Shown: in pieces, positions 34,134 to 44,904 of the stretch
Layout of the letters: every line of letters begins with the position of its first letter
Numbering within the stretch: position 1 is the stretch's first letter
Virus record (IMG/VR): IMGVR_UViG_3300010397_000003
Location: 13,299 to 77,298 of that record
From: a virus
Reading direction: 5' to 3' (one strand)
Length of the DNA stretch: 64,000 nucleotides
Made by a program: the position numbers and the translations under genes
Notes under the pieces: generated by a model
Databases searched by the model: none
Told to the model about the DNA's origin: nothing
The model's input: only the letters and a program-made list of their open reading frames with translations

Positions 34134-36742
34134 TTACGGTTTCCCATTGGTTGAAATTCAAGATACAACTCATCTAACCTGTCTGGCTCTCCACTGCCCG
34201 CGTATGTGCCACTAATTCGCGGCGCAAATATTCCTAACTCGGGCCAGTTCCCCTCTTGCAGATACAATTGCTGCACATCGGTCTGAGTACCAAGAGAGAG
34301 ATTACCTGTTACGGAATTCGCGCCGTTCTCAACATCGGTCATATTTATGTTTGTCGCAGAATCAAATCCGTGCAACTGCAAAACTCCAGCAGTAAACTTT
34401 CCGGTTGGTCGCATGATCTTGACGGACTTGTTTTGTGTTTCCGATCCGCCATCGCTGAATTGGGGAACCGCGTAATAATCAACGGCGACTCCTGCCACGG
34501 TGTTCCAACGATACGTGTCAACTTGGAAACCCGCATCTTTACGTCCACCAGCGAGAAACTCAAGATGCTCGCCAACTTTCGCCACGGAACACACGATGAA
34601 ATCTCGCGTTGTACTTGAGAGTAGGACATCCCCAATCCACGCTGATTGTCGAAGTCCCCATAGCAGGACTCGCGTGGTCCAAAATCCCTGGGTGTTCAGC
34701 GAATGAGCTGGATGGAAGAAACATACCGCATCAACATTGGGATCAGGATCGTGTTCAACCAAGACGTGAGCACTTACAAAAGTCCGCCAAATCTCAGCAA
34801 CATAATCTCCGAAGTATTGCTCCTTAACACTCTCCGCGTCGCTTACCGATCCGGTCGGACCACTATGCGGTGCTCCGATTAACTGGTTGGCGACGCAGAT
34901 AAGTTGCTGGTGATTGGCAAATCCGACATTCCAATACGATCGTTGTGTTATTGGCGGAATTAACGGATTTCCAGTGTCTCCAAACACACCTGTCTGGAGA
35001 GTGGCTGCGGTCGGAAAATATAATCGTGCTTGTGAGCTAACCACTCCAAGGAGATCATTGCCATCTGATGAACTCACACGCCACCCCGCCGGCGACGCTT
35101 CAATGTTTTGGGGTTTGAAGGGCGCGATTGATGGTCCCGGGCTACCCCCGTATTTCCCGTCACAGCTAACTCCGACCACGGCACTGGAAATCACACCAAT
35201 GTACCCGCTCGCGGGAGGTGGATCGTTGTCGAAGTCAACTTCGCCTTGACGGTTTATTTCCGTGCCCAAATAATCGATCGGAAACACGTTACCTTCCGCC
35301 TCCGATACGGTGCGAACGAAATCCCACGGCCCTTGATTTGAATCGGAGCGTGGCTGAGTGGGAGGTTGTGTTGCGTAAATATCTCTCCCGTCTTGTCCGC
35401 TCGCGGCGTCTATTGTCGAAAGCGTTGCGTCTACTTGGGCATAGTCGCCATCATTGACCAGGTTGAAATTTGCTCGCGGGCCAGGATTGCTATACCCATT
35501 GGTCGCGCTGCGCGAACGAACCTCGCGCAAAGAATAGTCACCCGCGATCATGCCGTGCGTTCCGCCCGCAACTCCTGTCACTGTTGGGGCAACTGTTGGT
35601 GCCGATAATCCCAGCGGATAGATTGCGTATTTGTTGATTGTCGGCTTGTAGATCGCAATTTTAGGAGAGCCACTGAGTACCATTGAACTTCCCGCTGTCG
35701 TCACGTAATAGACCGTCAGGAACATATAATCAACTTCTAAGGTTGCGCTCTCGCCGCCTGGGTCATTTGTGACAGCCGAAATCACGGCTCCAACGTCAGC
35801 GTCAGCAAAGTCCGCCGGAACCCACGTCTCGCCCCACAGGTCGTTTTGACCACCGTAAATTGAGTAAGCAAAGTTCGTATTCGGCCACAGCGCCGGGCTG
35901 GATCTATCTGTCGTTCCGATGGCCCCGCTGGGTTTGACGATTCGCACTCTGCTATCTCTGACCGTTTCCAGCGTTGCGCCCGTGACTCGCTTACTGATCG
36001 TCACGGCGATCCCGGTAATGGTTGCTCCGGCGGGGATGGCTGCAAAACCGCAATTAGTTCCCTTGAGGTAGTGGGTCGTGCTTGCCGCTCCCACAGGAGC
36101 GCAATGGGCGACGGCTCCGCCACTCCCCGTGATACCGCCCGGAGTTGTCCACGCTACCGTGCCGACCGCCGCGTCGTCTGCGCCTGTCCCGACGCCTTTG
36201 GCTTCGTTGACCGGCACAACAGACGGTAGTTCGGCTCCGTTGCGTCGTAGCGTGCCAAAGCCCGTTGCTATGATTGTCCCTTTGGGAAACTCTGCCGCGT
36301 TCCCTCTCTGGGTCAGCGTTCCGCGCTTGCGTTTAAGATCGAACAGCGTGGGAAGGAATTTAGCGGTAGAACCTGTCAAGGCGGTTACGGTCGGTCCGCG
36401 GTAGACCGTTAGGTGGGTGTCGTCAATAATCTCATCCACCATGAAATGATCGGCAACAGAAAAGAACCGCTGCCCTGATTGCAATTCAGATGTGAATAGT
36501 GTTCCTGATCCAACTATGGTCTTTACGCCCAACCCTGCCGTAAGAGTGCCGGTCAAGGAATCAAGCGGGATTGTTTCACTTAGATCAAGACTGCCTTTGT
36601 AGCAGAGGTAGTACAACAGCGGCGCGAGTCCGGTGAGGATGAAGTTCTTCAGCCTGAGCCAAGTGCCGGTGATGTCTCCGCTTCTCGGCGAGGTAGGCTG
36701 ATATTCCGCCGCTCTGTAGGTTATATCCTTGAAGGTTTCCAT
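34130..36742 (-). CDS. Tail tubular / nozzle-like structural protein
   Basis: 870 aa, beta-rich, after the adaptor genes; internal YGG..DLWG.TW insert. Confidence 0.55.
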   Translation of the reverse strand: METFKDITYRAAEYQPTSPRSGDITGTWLRLKNFILTGLAPLLYYLCYKGSLDLSETIPLDSLTGTLTAGLGVKTIVGSGTLFTSELQSGQRFFSVADHFMVDEIIDDTHLTVYRGPTVTALTGSTAKFLPTLFDLKRKRGTLTQRGNAAEFPKGTIIATGFGTLRRNGAELPSVVPVNEAKGVGTGADDAAVGTVAWTTPGGITGSGGAVAHCAPVGAASTTHYLKGTNCGFAAIPAGATITGIAVTISKRVTGATLETVRDSRVRIVKPSGAIGTTDRSSPALWPNTNFAYSIYGGQNDLWGETWVPADFADADVGAVISAVTNDPGGESATLEVDYMFLTVYYVTTAGSSMVLSGSPKIAIYKPTINKYAIYPLGLSAPTVAPTVTGVAGGTHGMIAGDYSLREVRSRSATNGYSNPGPRANFNLVNDGDYAQVDATLSTIDAASGQDGRDIYATQPPTQPRSDSNQGPWDFVRTVSEAEGNVFPIDYLGTEINRQGEVDFDNDPPPASGYIGVISSAVVGVSCDGKYGGSPGPSIAPFKPQNIEASPAGWRVSSSDGNDLLGVVSSQARLYFPTAATLQTGVFGDTGNPLIPPITQRSYWNVGFANHQQLICVANQLIGAPHSGPTGSVSDAESVKEQYFGDYVAEIWRTFVSAHVLVEHDPDPNVDAVCFFHPAHSLNTQGFWTTRVLLWGLRQSAWIGDVLLSSTTRDFIVCSVAKVGEHLEFLAGGRKDAGFQVDTYRWNTVAGVAVDYYAVPQFSDGGSETQNKSVKIMRPTGKFTAGVLQLHGFDSATNINMTDVENGANSVTGNLSLGTQTDVQQLYLQEGNWPELGIFAPRISGTYAGSGEPDRLDELYLEFQPMGNRK

Positions 36743-36745
36743 GCA

Positions 36746-37285
36746 CTATTTCTCTTCCGGCTGTCCCAGAAGGTACTCAATGAAGACAGATGCGAACATC
36801 GTTAAAAACTCTTCAGGAGCAACGAATGGATCGGTCGCGAGGGTGGGTATGTCCGGCGATTTAATACAAGTCAAAGTCGCGGCCCCGGCATAAGCACCGC
36901 CACCATTCATCGCTGAACTCTTTGCGCTGATTAACAGGTTAGAGTAAGACCACCAGGCTAATCTGCCGTCTCGTGTTCTGAGGTAGTCGGCATAAGGCTC
37001 TACCAGCGAAGCGACTTCGCCCGTAGACAGTACCAACGTGGCGTCTTTCAGATAATCTTTGAGAACGCCTGCGGGAATACCAATCGAGCCGCCAACGAAA
37101 GTTAGGGATTCGTCTTTACGAATCAATGCGCGCTGATCTTCATTCGCCGCAAACCTATTTGAGACTTCATCGTTAATACGCGGGAACGCCGCATCAATCT
37201 GCATGAGCAGACGAGCGCGCGAAGCGTCAGGCTTGGCCCGCAGGACACCTTGGATTATTCGCTCAGTTATTTCAGCGTACGTCAC
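36746..37285 (-). CDS. Head-tail adaptor-like protein
   Basis: MTY.EI..R N-terminus, PEEF C-terminus, synteny. Confidence 0.5.
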   Translation of the reverse strand: MTYAEITERIIQGVLRAKPDASRARLLMQIDAAFPRINDEVSNRFAANEDQRALIRKDESLTFVGGSIGIPAGVLKDYLKDATLVLSTGEVASLVEPYADYLRTRDGRLAWWSYSNLLISAKSSAMNGGGAYAGAATLTCIKSPDIPTLATDPFVAPEEFLTMFASVFIEYLLGQPEEK

Positions 37286-37992
37286 GCTTGCCCCTCACTC
37301 AGCTTTGTCTGCCCTGAGCCTATCGCCGCAATCCACGCTTGATAGCGCGGCGCATACATTTTGGAAAGTTCGGTTAGTAAGGCGTCCGTGTTCATCAACA
37401 GCGACATTAGCCCTGAGAAGTAACAGTCCTGGGCTTCTGTAAATAACAATTCCCCGTCCGCAAATATTGCCGCCTTACGAACGTCGTAATCGTAAACAGA
37501 AACGTCGATGATCGCGTTCGTTCGCGTGTGGTATAGCCGTTCTCGCTCTCGCGCGAACGAGTAAATATCCGACTTAAACATTGCGGCTGGGTTCAAAGAT
37601 AACTCTCGAATGTCAGCTACGGTCAGGTCGTTTGTAAGTGGCCGGAAAGGCGAAGCCGCATCGCGCACCTCATGGTACTTGCCGATAATCTTTGCGGTCG
37701 CAGTGCTGATTCCCACGCTTGGTATTCGCGCTCCGCTGGTGATCGAAGCTGTCACGTCATGGATTATGTTTTGCCAAGGGTGCTCATCTTGGCCGCCAAC
37801 AACTCCAGCGATCTCCTGCTCTATGCCAACCAATCCATCAAGCAACACGCTCTTTGTAAAGGATGCAGACTTGGCGTTCGTTGATGGGTCAGTCAGAAGA
37901 TACGATGCTTCAATCGCCGCCGCTTGCCCTTGGTAGGCGCCGATACGGATGAAACACTGCCGAAGTATGATCGAGGGAAGTAGACCCGCCAT
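37282..37992 (-). CDS. Virion structural protein
   Basis: Coupled in the late operon. Confidence 0.5.
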   Translation of the reverse strand: MAGLLPSIILRQCFIRIGAYQGQAAAIEASYLLTDPSTNAKSASFTKSVLLDGLVGIEQEIAGVVGGQDEHPWQNIIHDVTASITSGARIPSVGISTATAKIIGKYHEVRDAASPFRPLTNDLTVADIRELSLNPAAMFKSDIYSFARERERLYHTRTNAIIDVSVYDYDVRKAAIFADGELLFTEAQDCYFSGLMSLLMNTDALLTELSKMYAPRYQAWIAAIGSGQTKLSEGQA

Positions 37993-38729
37993 TAATAGTC
38001 ATCCTCCGGCGACCACAACTGGCCCATCGTTGAACCTGTGTGAATTAGGGCGTCATCAGTGAATTGCTTATCAAACAACTTTTCTTCCCAATCAAGCGTA
38101 GTCCCTAATTCTTTCCGGCGTTCGGTGTTTAGCGCCCTGTCGTCAAAATAATCAGCGAACGGCAACATGCTGATTGCGGCTCTAATCTCAGATAGCGTAT
38201 CGCCAATCTCCCCCATTGCCAGCGGATCGCTTAGAGCCATTACGTCAACGCTGTCACCTACAACAAACAGGCAAAGGTAATCCGCAGCGGCTTGAGGCAT
38301 TGGTTGGAATTCCAAGTAGGGAGTTCCTGACGATCGGTAATAAGCTACCCGTTCCGCACTGTGCGCGCTGCCATCCCAACTCCCCATTGACGTGCCAATG
38401 TCGTTAGGAAGTCCCCAATTCCAAGCAAGGTTTTGGGGTGCATACCACGGAATGACTCGTTGGAAGTGTTGAGGATTGGAATCGTCTACGGTGACAACGG
38501 CAAGCGGAGTTCCGAACCTGGCATCGCCTATTTGATACTTAGCCTTGCCGGACTGAACCTTAATCCGCTTGGTTGAGTAGTCCCACGGATTGCCTGTGTT
38601 CTTTCGCTTCGCGCGTAAGAGCTTTATGTGGTCGCAGAGTGAGCGGAGTACGTCACCATCGCTAGGCCGATTAGCTCTGGGATGTTTCAGCCTATCCCGG
38701 ACATTGCCGATCCTGTCGTAAAGGTTCAC
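37992..38729 (-). CDS. Head-tail adaptor-like protein
   Basis: W.Y....I.V..G...Y and L.F.P.P...Y motifs. Confidence 0.55.
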   Translation of the reverse strand: MNLYDRIGNVRDRLKHPRANRPSDGDVLRSLCDHIKLLRAKRKNTGNPWDYSTKRIKVQSGKAKYQIGDARFGTPLAVVTVDDSNPQHFQRVIPWYAPQNLAWNWGLPNDIGTSMGSWDGSAHSAERVAYYRSSGTPYLEFQPMPQAAADYLCLFVVGDSVDVMALSDPLAMGEIGDTLSEIRAAISMLPFADYFDDRALNTERRKELGTTLDWEEKLFDKQFTDDALIHTGSTMGQLWSPEDDY

Positions 38730-38731
38730 GG

Positions 38732-40009
38732 TTACTCACTGGCTTGTTCTGGGACTGATTGCGCGTCGCGTTGCATCTTCTCCCACGTCTTGTGATGGAC
38801 GTGCGCGGGGCACGGCCCGGACAAGTCGAAATGGAGCGCGTTCAGTACGTCGCCAGTCTTGGGGTCTTTGATTATCGGAGGAACAAAGCCTTCGCCATAC
38901 TCGCCCGCCTTCATGCGTTCAAGCGTGCCCTCCGCCCCGACGTGAAGGATGTCGCGTTCGTATCGCGCAGATAGCGCGGCTTGAATTTCTTCGGGCGTAA
39001 GTATAGAAGCGGGCGCAGTAATCGGCGCTGCGGCCATCGTGTTCTGATCGGGCTGTACTCGCGCCACTGCTTGCTCGGCTCTCCACTCGGCGATGATCTC
39101 GTTCTTCATCGAAACGTACTCTTCGTGAGTGAGCGCTCTGGGCTGTTGCTGCGCGTTGGCTGTCGCTGACTGCTGCGCCGTGCGCTTGTAATGTTCATCC
39201 TGCCGCTCTATGCCTAACTGCGGTAAGAGCACCAAATCAACCTCATCATAAGGGAAGAGATAGCCTTGCGAGGCGGCTTGCCCCATGCGCTGATGAACCT
39301 CTTCGACGTGCCGAACGAGCCACGATTCACCCTGTTGACAAATCGCCAGCCAGTCTTGTGCAACATCGCGAATGTCTCCCGTATTGGAGTCGAAGGCGAT
39401 TTGAATTTGTCGCCTGAAGTCACTCAACAACACGGGTACTTGGGGATAGTTCGGAAACAACGCCAACTGAATTTTCCACAAGTCAGGATCGCTCAGGAAT
39501 CCACCCATATCTTTGAGCGTGTACTTGTGTCCTTTGAGCGTGGAAATCTCCCCAGCGAGGCGCTGAGTTCCGCCGATCACTGAACCCTCAAGAATGTGAT
39601 TGATCTGCTGGCCAGGGTAAGCCGGATAGCCAACATAACCACCTTCCGTAGTTAATGGGCCATCACCTCGGAAGGTCATGTCGCCGCCGGCAGGGATTTC
39701 AAAGTAAGCCGAATTCTCCGTGTTGACTTCTTCCACGGGTACAGGCGTGTGAGTATTCGTCAGCAACGGGACAATGCGGCCTTTCTTTACGAAGTGCCCC
39801 GTATGCCGCAAGCAGTGATTGAAGATGTTCAGTCCTCCGTCCTTCATGTGCGGATTGTCCCGCACTAAAGCCGGAGTGATCATATTGATCGCAGTGCCCA
39901 GATAGCGATCCCGCTTAACATCTTCGTTGACCTTTGGGAGTTCAAACAACCCGCCAACATCTTCACCGCCAAGCGGTAGGCCGCCATTCACCTTCACCTC
40001 ATCCAACAT
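38732..40009 (-). CDS. Hypothetical late protein
   Basis: 425-aa ORF, RBS AGGAG. Confidence 0.6.
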   Translation of the reverse strand: MLDEVKVNGGLPLGGEDVGGLFELPKVNEDVKRDRYLGTAINMITPALVRDNPHMKDGGLNIFNHCLRHTGHFVKKGRIVPLLTNTHTPVPVEEVNTENSAYFEIPAGGDMTFRGDGPLTTEGGYVGYPAYPGQQINHILEGSVIGGTQRLAGEISTLKGHKYTLKDMGGFLSDPDLWKIQLALFPNYPQVPVLLSDFRRQIQIAFDSNTGDIRDVAQDWLAICQQGESWLVRHVEEVHQRMGQAASQGYLFPYDEVDLVLLPQLGIERQDEHYKRTAQQSATANAQQQPRALTHEEYVSMKNEIIAEWRAEQAVARVQPDQNTMAAAPITAPASILTPEEIQAALSARYERDILHVGAEGTLERMKAGEYGEGFVPPIIKDPKTGDVLNALHFDLSGPCPAHVHHKTWEKMQRDAQSVPEQASE

Positions 40010-40011
40010 TC

Positions 40012-40791
40012 TTATTCTCCTACGGCGTATAAGCCGGAACCAGGTCTGCGAACAAATCCCTTAAAAATGCGCGGAACTACAGGAAGCGGATTATGTACCA
40101 TCTCTCTTTCCAGTTTTGCTTTCACAATCCGATCTAGTGTTGGGTTGCTCAAATGGGCCACGGGCCTTGTAGGGTCGATGTACTTATCTTCCCGCGCCTT
40201 CATTGCCCTCATGCCGATGTACTCTAAGAGTTCAGCATTAGGTTCGATGTAATAGCCCCAACAGTCATCTTCGTTTCCCGCGCGTAAACAACATGAATCA
40301 CTGTGTCGAATATGCCGATGCCAGCGCGTGTACATTCCGCCCTCTGGCGGTGGCCCCTTAGCATCGTGCCATCTTCCTTCGACTCTGACGTATCGAGTAT
40401 CTTCCCATCCCGGTAAGTACTGCTCTGGCTCCATCCGCTCCATCAAACCCCACCGCGGCGGAGCAATGATGTTTCCATCTCGATCCTTTATTCCTGGAGT
40501 CCATGATGGGAATGTGTAACCAGGAGGATTAGAACCAACCGGGTGCGGAGTCCACTCAAACACCTCTGGCATCCAGGCCAATTTGATAATCGGCTGATCA
40601 CGGAATGTTCCCGTGATTCGATTGATCGCTGTCTGAAAACGATCAATCTCTACTTGCCCGAAACCGAGGGGACGCCGCATGTTGGGACGCCAGCACTTCG
40701 GATCGTTGAGCGGATCGCCTAAGTAGTCTTCAGCGAAGAAGATGTTACTTGGCGTAACCGATGATTCTTGCTGCAATAACATTCGCGTCAT
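40012..40791 (-). CDS. Hypothetical late protein
   Basis: 259-aa ORF in the operon; start uncertain. Confidence 0.55.
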   Translation of the reverse strand: MTRMLLQQESSVTPSNIFFAEDYLGDPLNDPKCWRPNMRRPLGFGQVEIDRFQTAINRITGTFRDQPIIKLAWMPEVFEWTPHPVGSNPPGYTFPSWTPGIKDRDGNIIAPPRWGLMERMEPEQYLPGWEDTRYVRVEGRWHDAKGPPPEGGMYTRWHRHIRHSDSCCLRAGNEDDCWGYYIEPNAELLEYIGMRAMKAREDKYIDPTRPVAHLSNPTLDRIVKAKLEREMVHNPLPVVPRIFKGFVRRPGSGLYAVGE

Positions 40792-41020
40792 CTATCGCTG
40801 CCGTAGCCTTGAACGTGACTACCTGGCCAGAGATCGAATACTCTAAATTGCCGCCTACAATCACGCGATCAGGTTTTACGAACTGCGCGGTGTAGGTTCC
40901 GGTGTCGGCATCGACAGTCGAAGACGGCGCAATCGTAATTTCTTCCGCGACCATTCCGTTGGTATCAGGAACGGGGCCAGTAAAACCCGACGCCAAAGTG
41001 CAAGTAAGGGTAACTGCCAT
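40745..41020 (-). CDS. Small capsid decoration-like protein
   Basis: ATG at 41020 after AGGAG; beta-rich; follows the capsid gene. Confidence 0.5.
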   Translation of the reverse strand: MAVTLTCTLASGFTGPVPDTNGMVAEEITIAPSSTVDADTGTYTAQFVKPDRVIVGGNLEYSISGQVVTFKATAAIDDANVIAARIIGYAK

Positions 41021-41109
41021 TTTGATTCTCCTGTTATAATGAAGGGGTAAGGATCGGCGGGTTGCACCACCGATCCCCACGCTCAAAATCTATCAAGGAG
41101 ATTCTGAAC

Positions 41110-41871
41110 ATGCCCGAATTTGATCCTAGTGTTCACTGTTATCTTCGTCAACCAACTTTCCCTAGGCCGAAGACGATCATTGGTCGCAAATTTAACCGCC
41201 TAACGCCGCTCGGGTTTCTCGGAATGGTTAATAACCGTTCTCATTGGCTGCTCCGCTGCAAGTGCGGTGCCTTTTGGGTTGCGGACATAGGAGCACTTCA
41301 AAGGGGCTATACGCAATCATGTGGTTGCTTGAATCGCGAGTTAGTCCTGACTCGCAGCACAACACACGGTCAAGCTAGTCGCGGCCCAATCCGCAGCCAA
41401 ACCTACGTTACATGGTGCGCAATCATTAGCCGATGCCATAACCCTAAGAACGGAGCCTACCGTTACTATGGCGGACGAGGAATCGTCGTCTGTGATAGAT
41501 GGCGCCATTCGTTTGAAAATTTCTTTGCGGATATGGGACATCCACCCACCGCCAAGCACTCCATCGAACGGCAAGACAACTCTCTCGGTTATTCGCCAGA
41601 GAACTGCATCTGGGCCACACAAGACGCGCAAGCGCAAAACAAGCGAAGCAATAGACGTATCACCGCGAACGGTGAAACACGCATTCTCATGGAATGGTCG
41701 CGGCTGCGAAACATCCCACGAGAGCGCATCGCAAATAGATTGCTGCGCGGGTGGAGCCCAGAAGAAGCTCTTGAGTTAGTTCAAAGAACAGATAGGCGAT
41801 TACGCGCCTATCGCGAAAGCGTCAGACCCCGGTTACCGTCTGCACGACAGCGGGCTGGGTACAGCGCTTGA
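41110..41871 (+). CDS. HNH homing endonuclease, antisense to the late operon
   Basis: G.KF.RLT, C.CG, T.SCGC, W..I..RC.NP....Y..YGGRGI.VC.RW..FENF..DMG, SIER.DN..GYSPENC.WAT...Q..N. Confidence 0.9.
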   Translation: MPEFDPSVHCYLRQPTFPRPKTIIGRKFNRLTPLGFLGMVNNRSHWLLRCKCGAFWVADIGALQRGYTQSCGCLNRELVLTRSTTHGQASRGPIRSQTYVTWCAIISRCHNPKNGAYRYYGGRGIVVCDRWRHSFENFFADMGHPPTAKHSIERQDNSLGYSPENCIWATQDAQAQNKRSNRRITANGETRILMEWSRLRNIPRERIANRLLRGWSPEEALELVQRTDRRLRAYRESVRPRLPSARQRAGYSA

Positions 41872-43096
41872 TCAAGATACCAGCGCGAGTACTCTTAATC
41901 GCCAACGTCCAAGCGCAACCCCAACTCCGCGCGCTAAGAAGGCTGCCAGTCTCGTTCGCCCCCGGTAACATCCGCCACGGCCCGCCTGAATCATCCAACG
42001 GCCCCCACTCGATCTCCGTCAGCTTCTTGAGTTGATCGCGCTTGAAGCCAAAGTGCAGGTCTTCATCGCTATTTGCCGCTTCGATGATCGTTGAACCGTC
42101 CGCGTCTTTGTAAGACTTCGGCGAATCCGTTGCAGCTTCGGCCATGTCTTTGCGACCAAAGCCGTATTGCTGTTGGCGAAGATCGCTCATCAAGCCCGGA
42201 GTCGTTACCCAAACCAGATTCTCTCTGGAACCGGAGTCCACGTTGTAGGTCACGAGGATCGTTTTTGCAGTGTCACGATCGGGAATGGTCAGCCGAGTAT
42301 TCGCTTTATCCAGGGTCGGACAGTTCATTACGTCATCGACTGAAGTGTCTCGGCCCTGAAGGATGCGAGGGTTGTTATTCAAGCACTGCGGAAGTCCGCG
42401 GGGTGCTTTGTTGAAGCCTCCGACGTGGCAAATCGGGTCGCCAGAGCTAACGGAACCGGAAATCACCGTCACCACACAAGAGGTTTTACCCTGCGTTGTG
42501 ACCTTGATCGTTCCGCGCGCATTGCCAGTCGTCTCATTGAAGGCTTGGTAGAACTGATTTTTGCGCAGTCTCACCGCACCTTTGGTGTGGCCCGGATCGG
42601 CGGCGGCGGCAGTGCTGCAATTCATCGTCTGCCCAGCGCCCACCGCGAGAGTTGAGCTTGAGAATGCCAAAGCCCCACGTCCGTCACCAAGAGCAAAGAA
42701 TTCCTGTTGCTGTGCGCCAACTTCGGTAATGCCCTTGAGGTAGCGTTCCATCTTCATGCGCTGGCCCGGCTTGTTGCGCATGATGTCCTGCATGAAGCGA
42801 TATTCAATCGCGGTCGGCAGCACATACATCATTGCTCGCGCGTACATGCTGTCGGACTGGCCTTGTTTGGCCCGATTGAAGTCAGGTGAACTCTTGGTCG
42901 GCAGGGTGTGGCCACCAGCCTCTTCCTTGTCGAAGTAAAACCGCTTACCGATTAAGCTCACTTCGTCGCCCTCGGTGAAACTATCGAGAGCGGTCAGAAA
43001 TGGTGTTTTGAGATTAAACCAGGCAGGTGCTTCTTCTACGACCTGCGTAGACCAATCAACGTAATTGCTCAGTTGAGCAGCATCTAACGGGTCCAT
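41822..43096 (-). CDS. Major capsid protein (putative)
   Basis: 424 aa, strong RBS AAGGAG, directly after the scaffold-like gene. Confidence 0.65.
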   Translation of the reverse strand: MDPLDAAQLSNYVDWSTQVVEEAPAWFNLKTPFLTALDSFTEGDEVSLIGKRFYFDKEEAGGHTLPTKSSPDFNRAKQGQSDSMYARAMMYVLPTAIEYRFMQDIMRNKPGQRMKMERYLKGITEVGAQQQEFFALGDGRGALAFSSSTLAVGAGQTMNCSTAAAADPGHTKGAVRLRKNQFYQAFNETTGNARGTIKVTTQGKTSCVVTVISGSVSSGDPICHVGGFNKAPRGLPQCLNNNPRILQGRDTSVDDVMNCPTLDKANTRLTIPDRDTAKTILVTYNVDSGSRENLVWVTTPGLMSDLRQQQYGFGRKDMAEAATDSPKSYKDADGSTIIEAANSDEDLHFGFKRDQLKKLTEIEWGPLDDSGGPWRMLPGANETGSLLSARSWGCAWTLAIKSTRAGILIKRCTQPAVVQTVTGV

Positions 43097-43132
43097 AATT
43101 GCTCTCCTTAAAAAGTGAAGGCGAGAGAAGGA

Positions 43133-44563
43133 TTAGCCATCCAAATCGGCCCAACGATGTCGGCCGTTTGGACTCCCCGCACCGGCCGCAACTCCGGCCC
43201 CTACAGGGATTCTTGCTCTCTCCGTCTGATCCAATTTATCGTTATGAGACTGAGCGCGTGTCTTGAAATACTCGTTGCGGCCGGCGATGAGCAACGTGCC
43301 GAGGTCTTTCGCCTTGGCAAGTAGCTTTTGCTGAACCCGTGACGGATCTCCGTTTGTGCGCTGCTTTTTGTGGGACAAATAACCAAACTCTCTTCCTGAT
43401 TGTGCGTAAGCCTCACGAGCGGCATTGAATTCATCCAAGGCTTTCTGGTCGATGCCCATTTCCTTGAATGCAGATTCAGCCGCAAAGCGAGTGTCGGGAT
43501 GCGACAGTGCCGCAACAGCCACGGCTACCAGTGCTCCTTCACGCTTATTTACTTCAGGATTGTCAGTTGGTTTCCACGTCTCATAAATATGATTCGCGAA
43601 ATTTGTGAACGTACTCTTGAATCCCTGCTCGACGTACTGCTCCCCAGCGTCGTTAGCTTCTTGCTCCACGCGCTGCGCTGCTTCCACTTCAGCCCGTTGT
43701 TCCGCTGCTACTCGCCGCTCTTCATTGGCTTGCAGTAGTTCGTTTTGCTGAAGTGTTCGCAGGGTGTTTTTGACAAATTCAGGAGTTCGATCCAAAAGCT
43801 CCAGACGATCTTCGTAAGGAAGTTTTCGGTATCTGTCCTGTAAAGCCCGCTCTTCAGCGGTCACTTTGTCGGGATCATTTACGAGTCGATCCAGTTCATC
43901 TTGAGATGGCGTCCACGTAGGCGCAGGAACCGCGGATGGCTCAACCCCTCCAAGCATTTGCAAGGCGCGCGACCGTAATTGCGGGTCGTTCGCCATCACT
44001 TGAAGAACGAGTTCTGCTCGCGTTACAGGCTGTCCAGTGGCCGGATGCTTTGTCTGGCCCCAAACCAAGGCAGACGTTAAATAATCTGCTCGTTCAGGGT
44101 CGTCAGTGCTTATCTGCTGCGCAAACCCTGTAGGGTCAGGCCGCAACGCACCCGTGTCATCAGGACTGTACTTGTTCAGCGATTCATTCAGCGTGACGAG
44201 CTTCTGCGCCTCATCGGGCGTCTGAAACCGCTCTAAAACGGGTTCAAATGATTCGACTCGCGCTTTGAGTTCTTTGTGTTCCGCTGAAAGTGGTTCAAGC
44301 GTCGAACGCATCTGAAGGAGCCCCGCCGCGAGGTCGATCCCTTTCTCTTTCATCGCCGTCAGTTCTTCAACAGACGGGATGCCAGCAAAGACATCTTGCT
44401 CTGGCGGTTTTTCAGCTTGCGTTGATTGATCAGACGGTTGTTTTACGTCGGTTGACGAGACTCCTTCTGGAGCAACCGTACCCGTTGCGACTGACGAAGC
44501 CGCCGCATCTGGCGATGCGCTCAAATCTGGGCTTGATTGAGATACGTCTAGTTCATCTGCCAT
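43133..44563 (-). CDS. Scaffolding protein (putative)
   Basis: Acidic low-complexity N-terminus, helical, immediately upstream of the capsid gene. Confidence 0.55.
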   Translation of the reverse strand: MADELDVSQSSPDLSASPDAAASSVATGTVAPEGVSSTDVKQPSDQSTQAEKPPEQDVFAGIPSVEELTAMKEKGIDLAAGLLQMRSTLEPLSAEHKELKARVESFEPVLERFQTPDEAQKLVTLNESLNKYSPDDTGALRPDPTGFAQQISTDDPERADYLTSALVWGQTKHPATGQPVTRAELVLQVMANDPQLRSRALQMLGGVEPSAVPAPTWTPSQDELDRLVNDPDKVTAEERALQDRYRKLPYEDRLELLDRTPEFVKNTLRTLQQNELLQANEERRVAAEQRAEVEAAQRVEQEANDAGEQYVEQGFKSTFTNFANHIYETWKPTDNPEVNKREGALVAVAVAALSHPDTRFAAESAFKEMGIDQKALDEFNAAREAYAQSGREFGYLSHKKQRTNGDPSRVQQKLLAKAKDLGTLLIAGRNEYFKTRAQSHNDKLDQTERARIPVGAGVAAGAGSPNGRHRWADLDG

Positions 44564-44606
44564 ACAAGGCAGATAAGACCATAAAGTTTGCTTTTACGTT
44601 TTGGGG

Positions 44607-44897
44607 TTAATATCCGTGCCCGAACGGGCCGACGCCACCACCCGCGCCCGCGTGGCCTATTGAGCCGCCAAGATGAGGGGTTTCTGCCGTGTCTGGACGC
44701 TTGAATCGCTTGAGCAGGGAAGCCATTCCCGCGCCAGCAGCTTGCGCGTCTTGTGTCTGTCCGTCGCCCATTGGCATCCACTGTGCTTGTTCAGGCCCGG
44801 AGTAGAGAGGTAGGTTAGCCACAGGAGCAGGCTGCTGAAATTGCGGAGCGTCTGGCTGTAAGCGGCGGCGCATCTCTTCTTCGTATGGATTTAACAT
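44607..44897 (-). CDS. Small Gly/Pro-rich protein
   Basis: ATG at 44897 after AGGAG. Confidence 0.45.
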   Translation of the reverse strand: MLNPYEEEMRRRLQPDAPQFQQPAPVANLPLYSGPEQAQWMPMGDGQTQDAQAAGAGMASLLKRFKRPDTAETPHLGGSIGHAGAGGGVGPFGHGY

Positions 44898-44904
44898 GTC
44901 TCTC

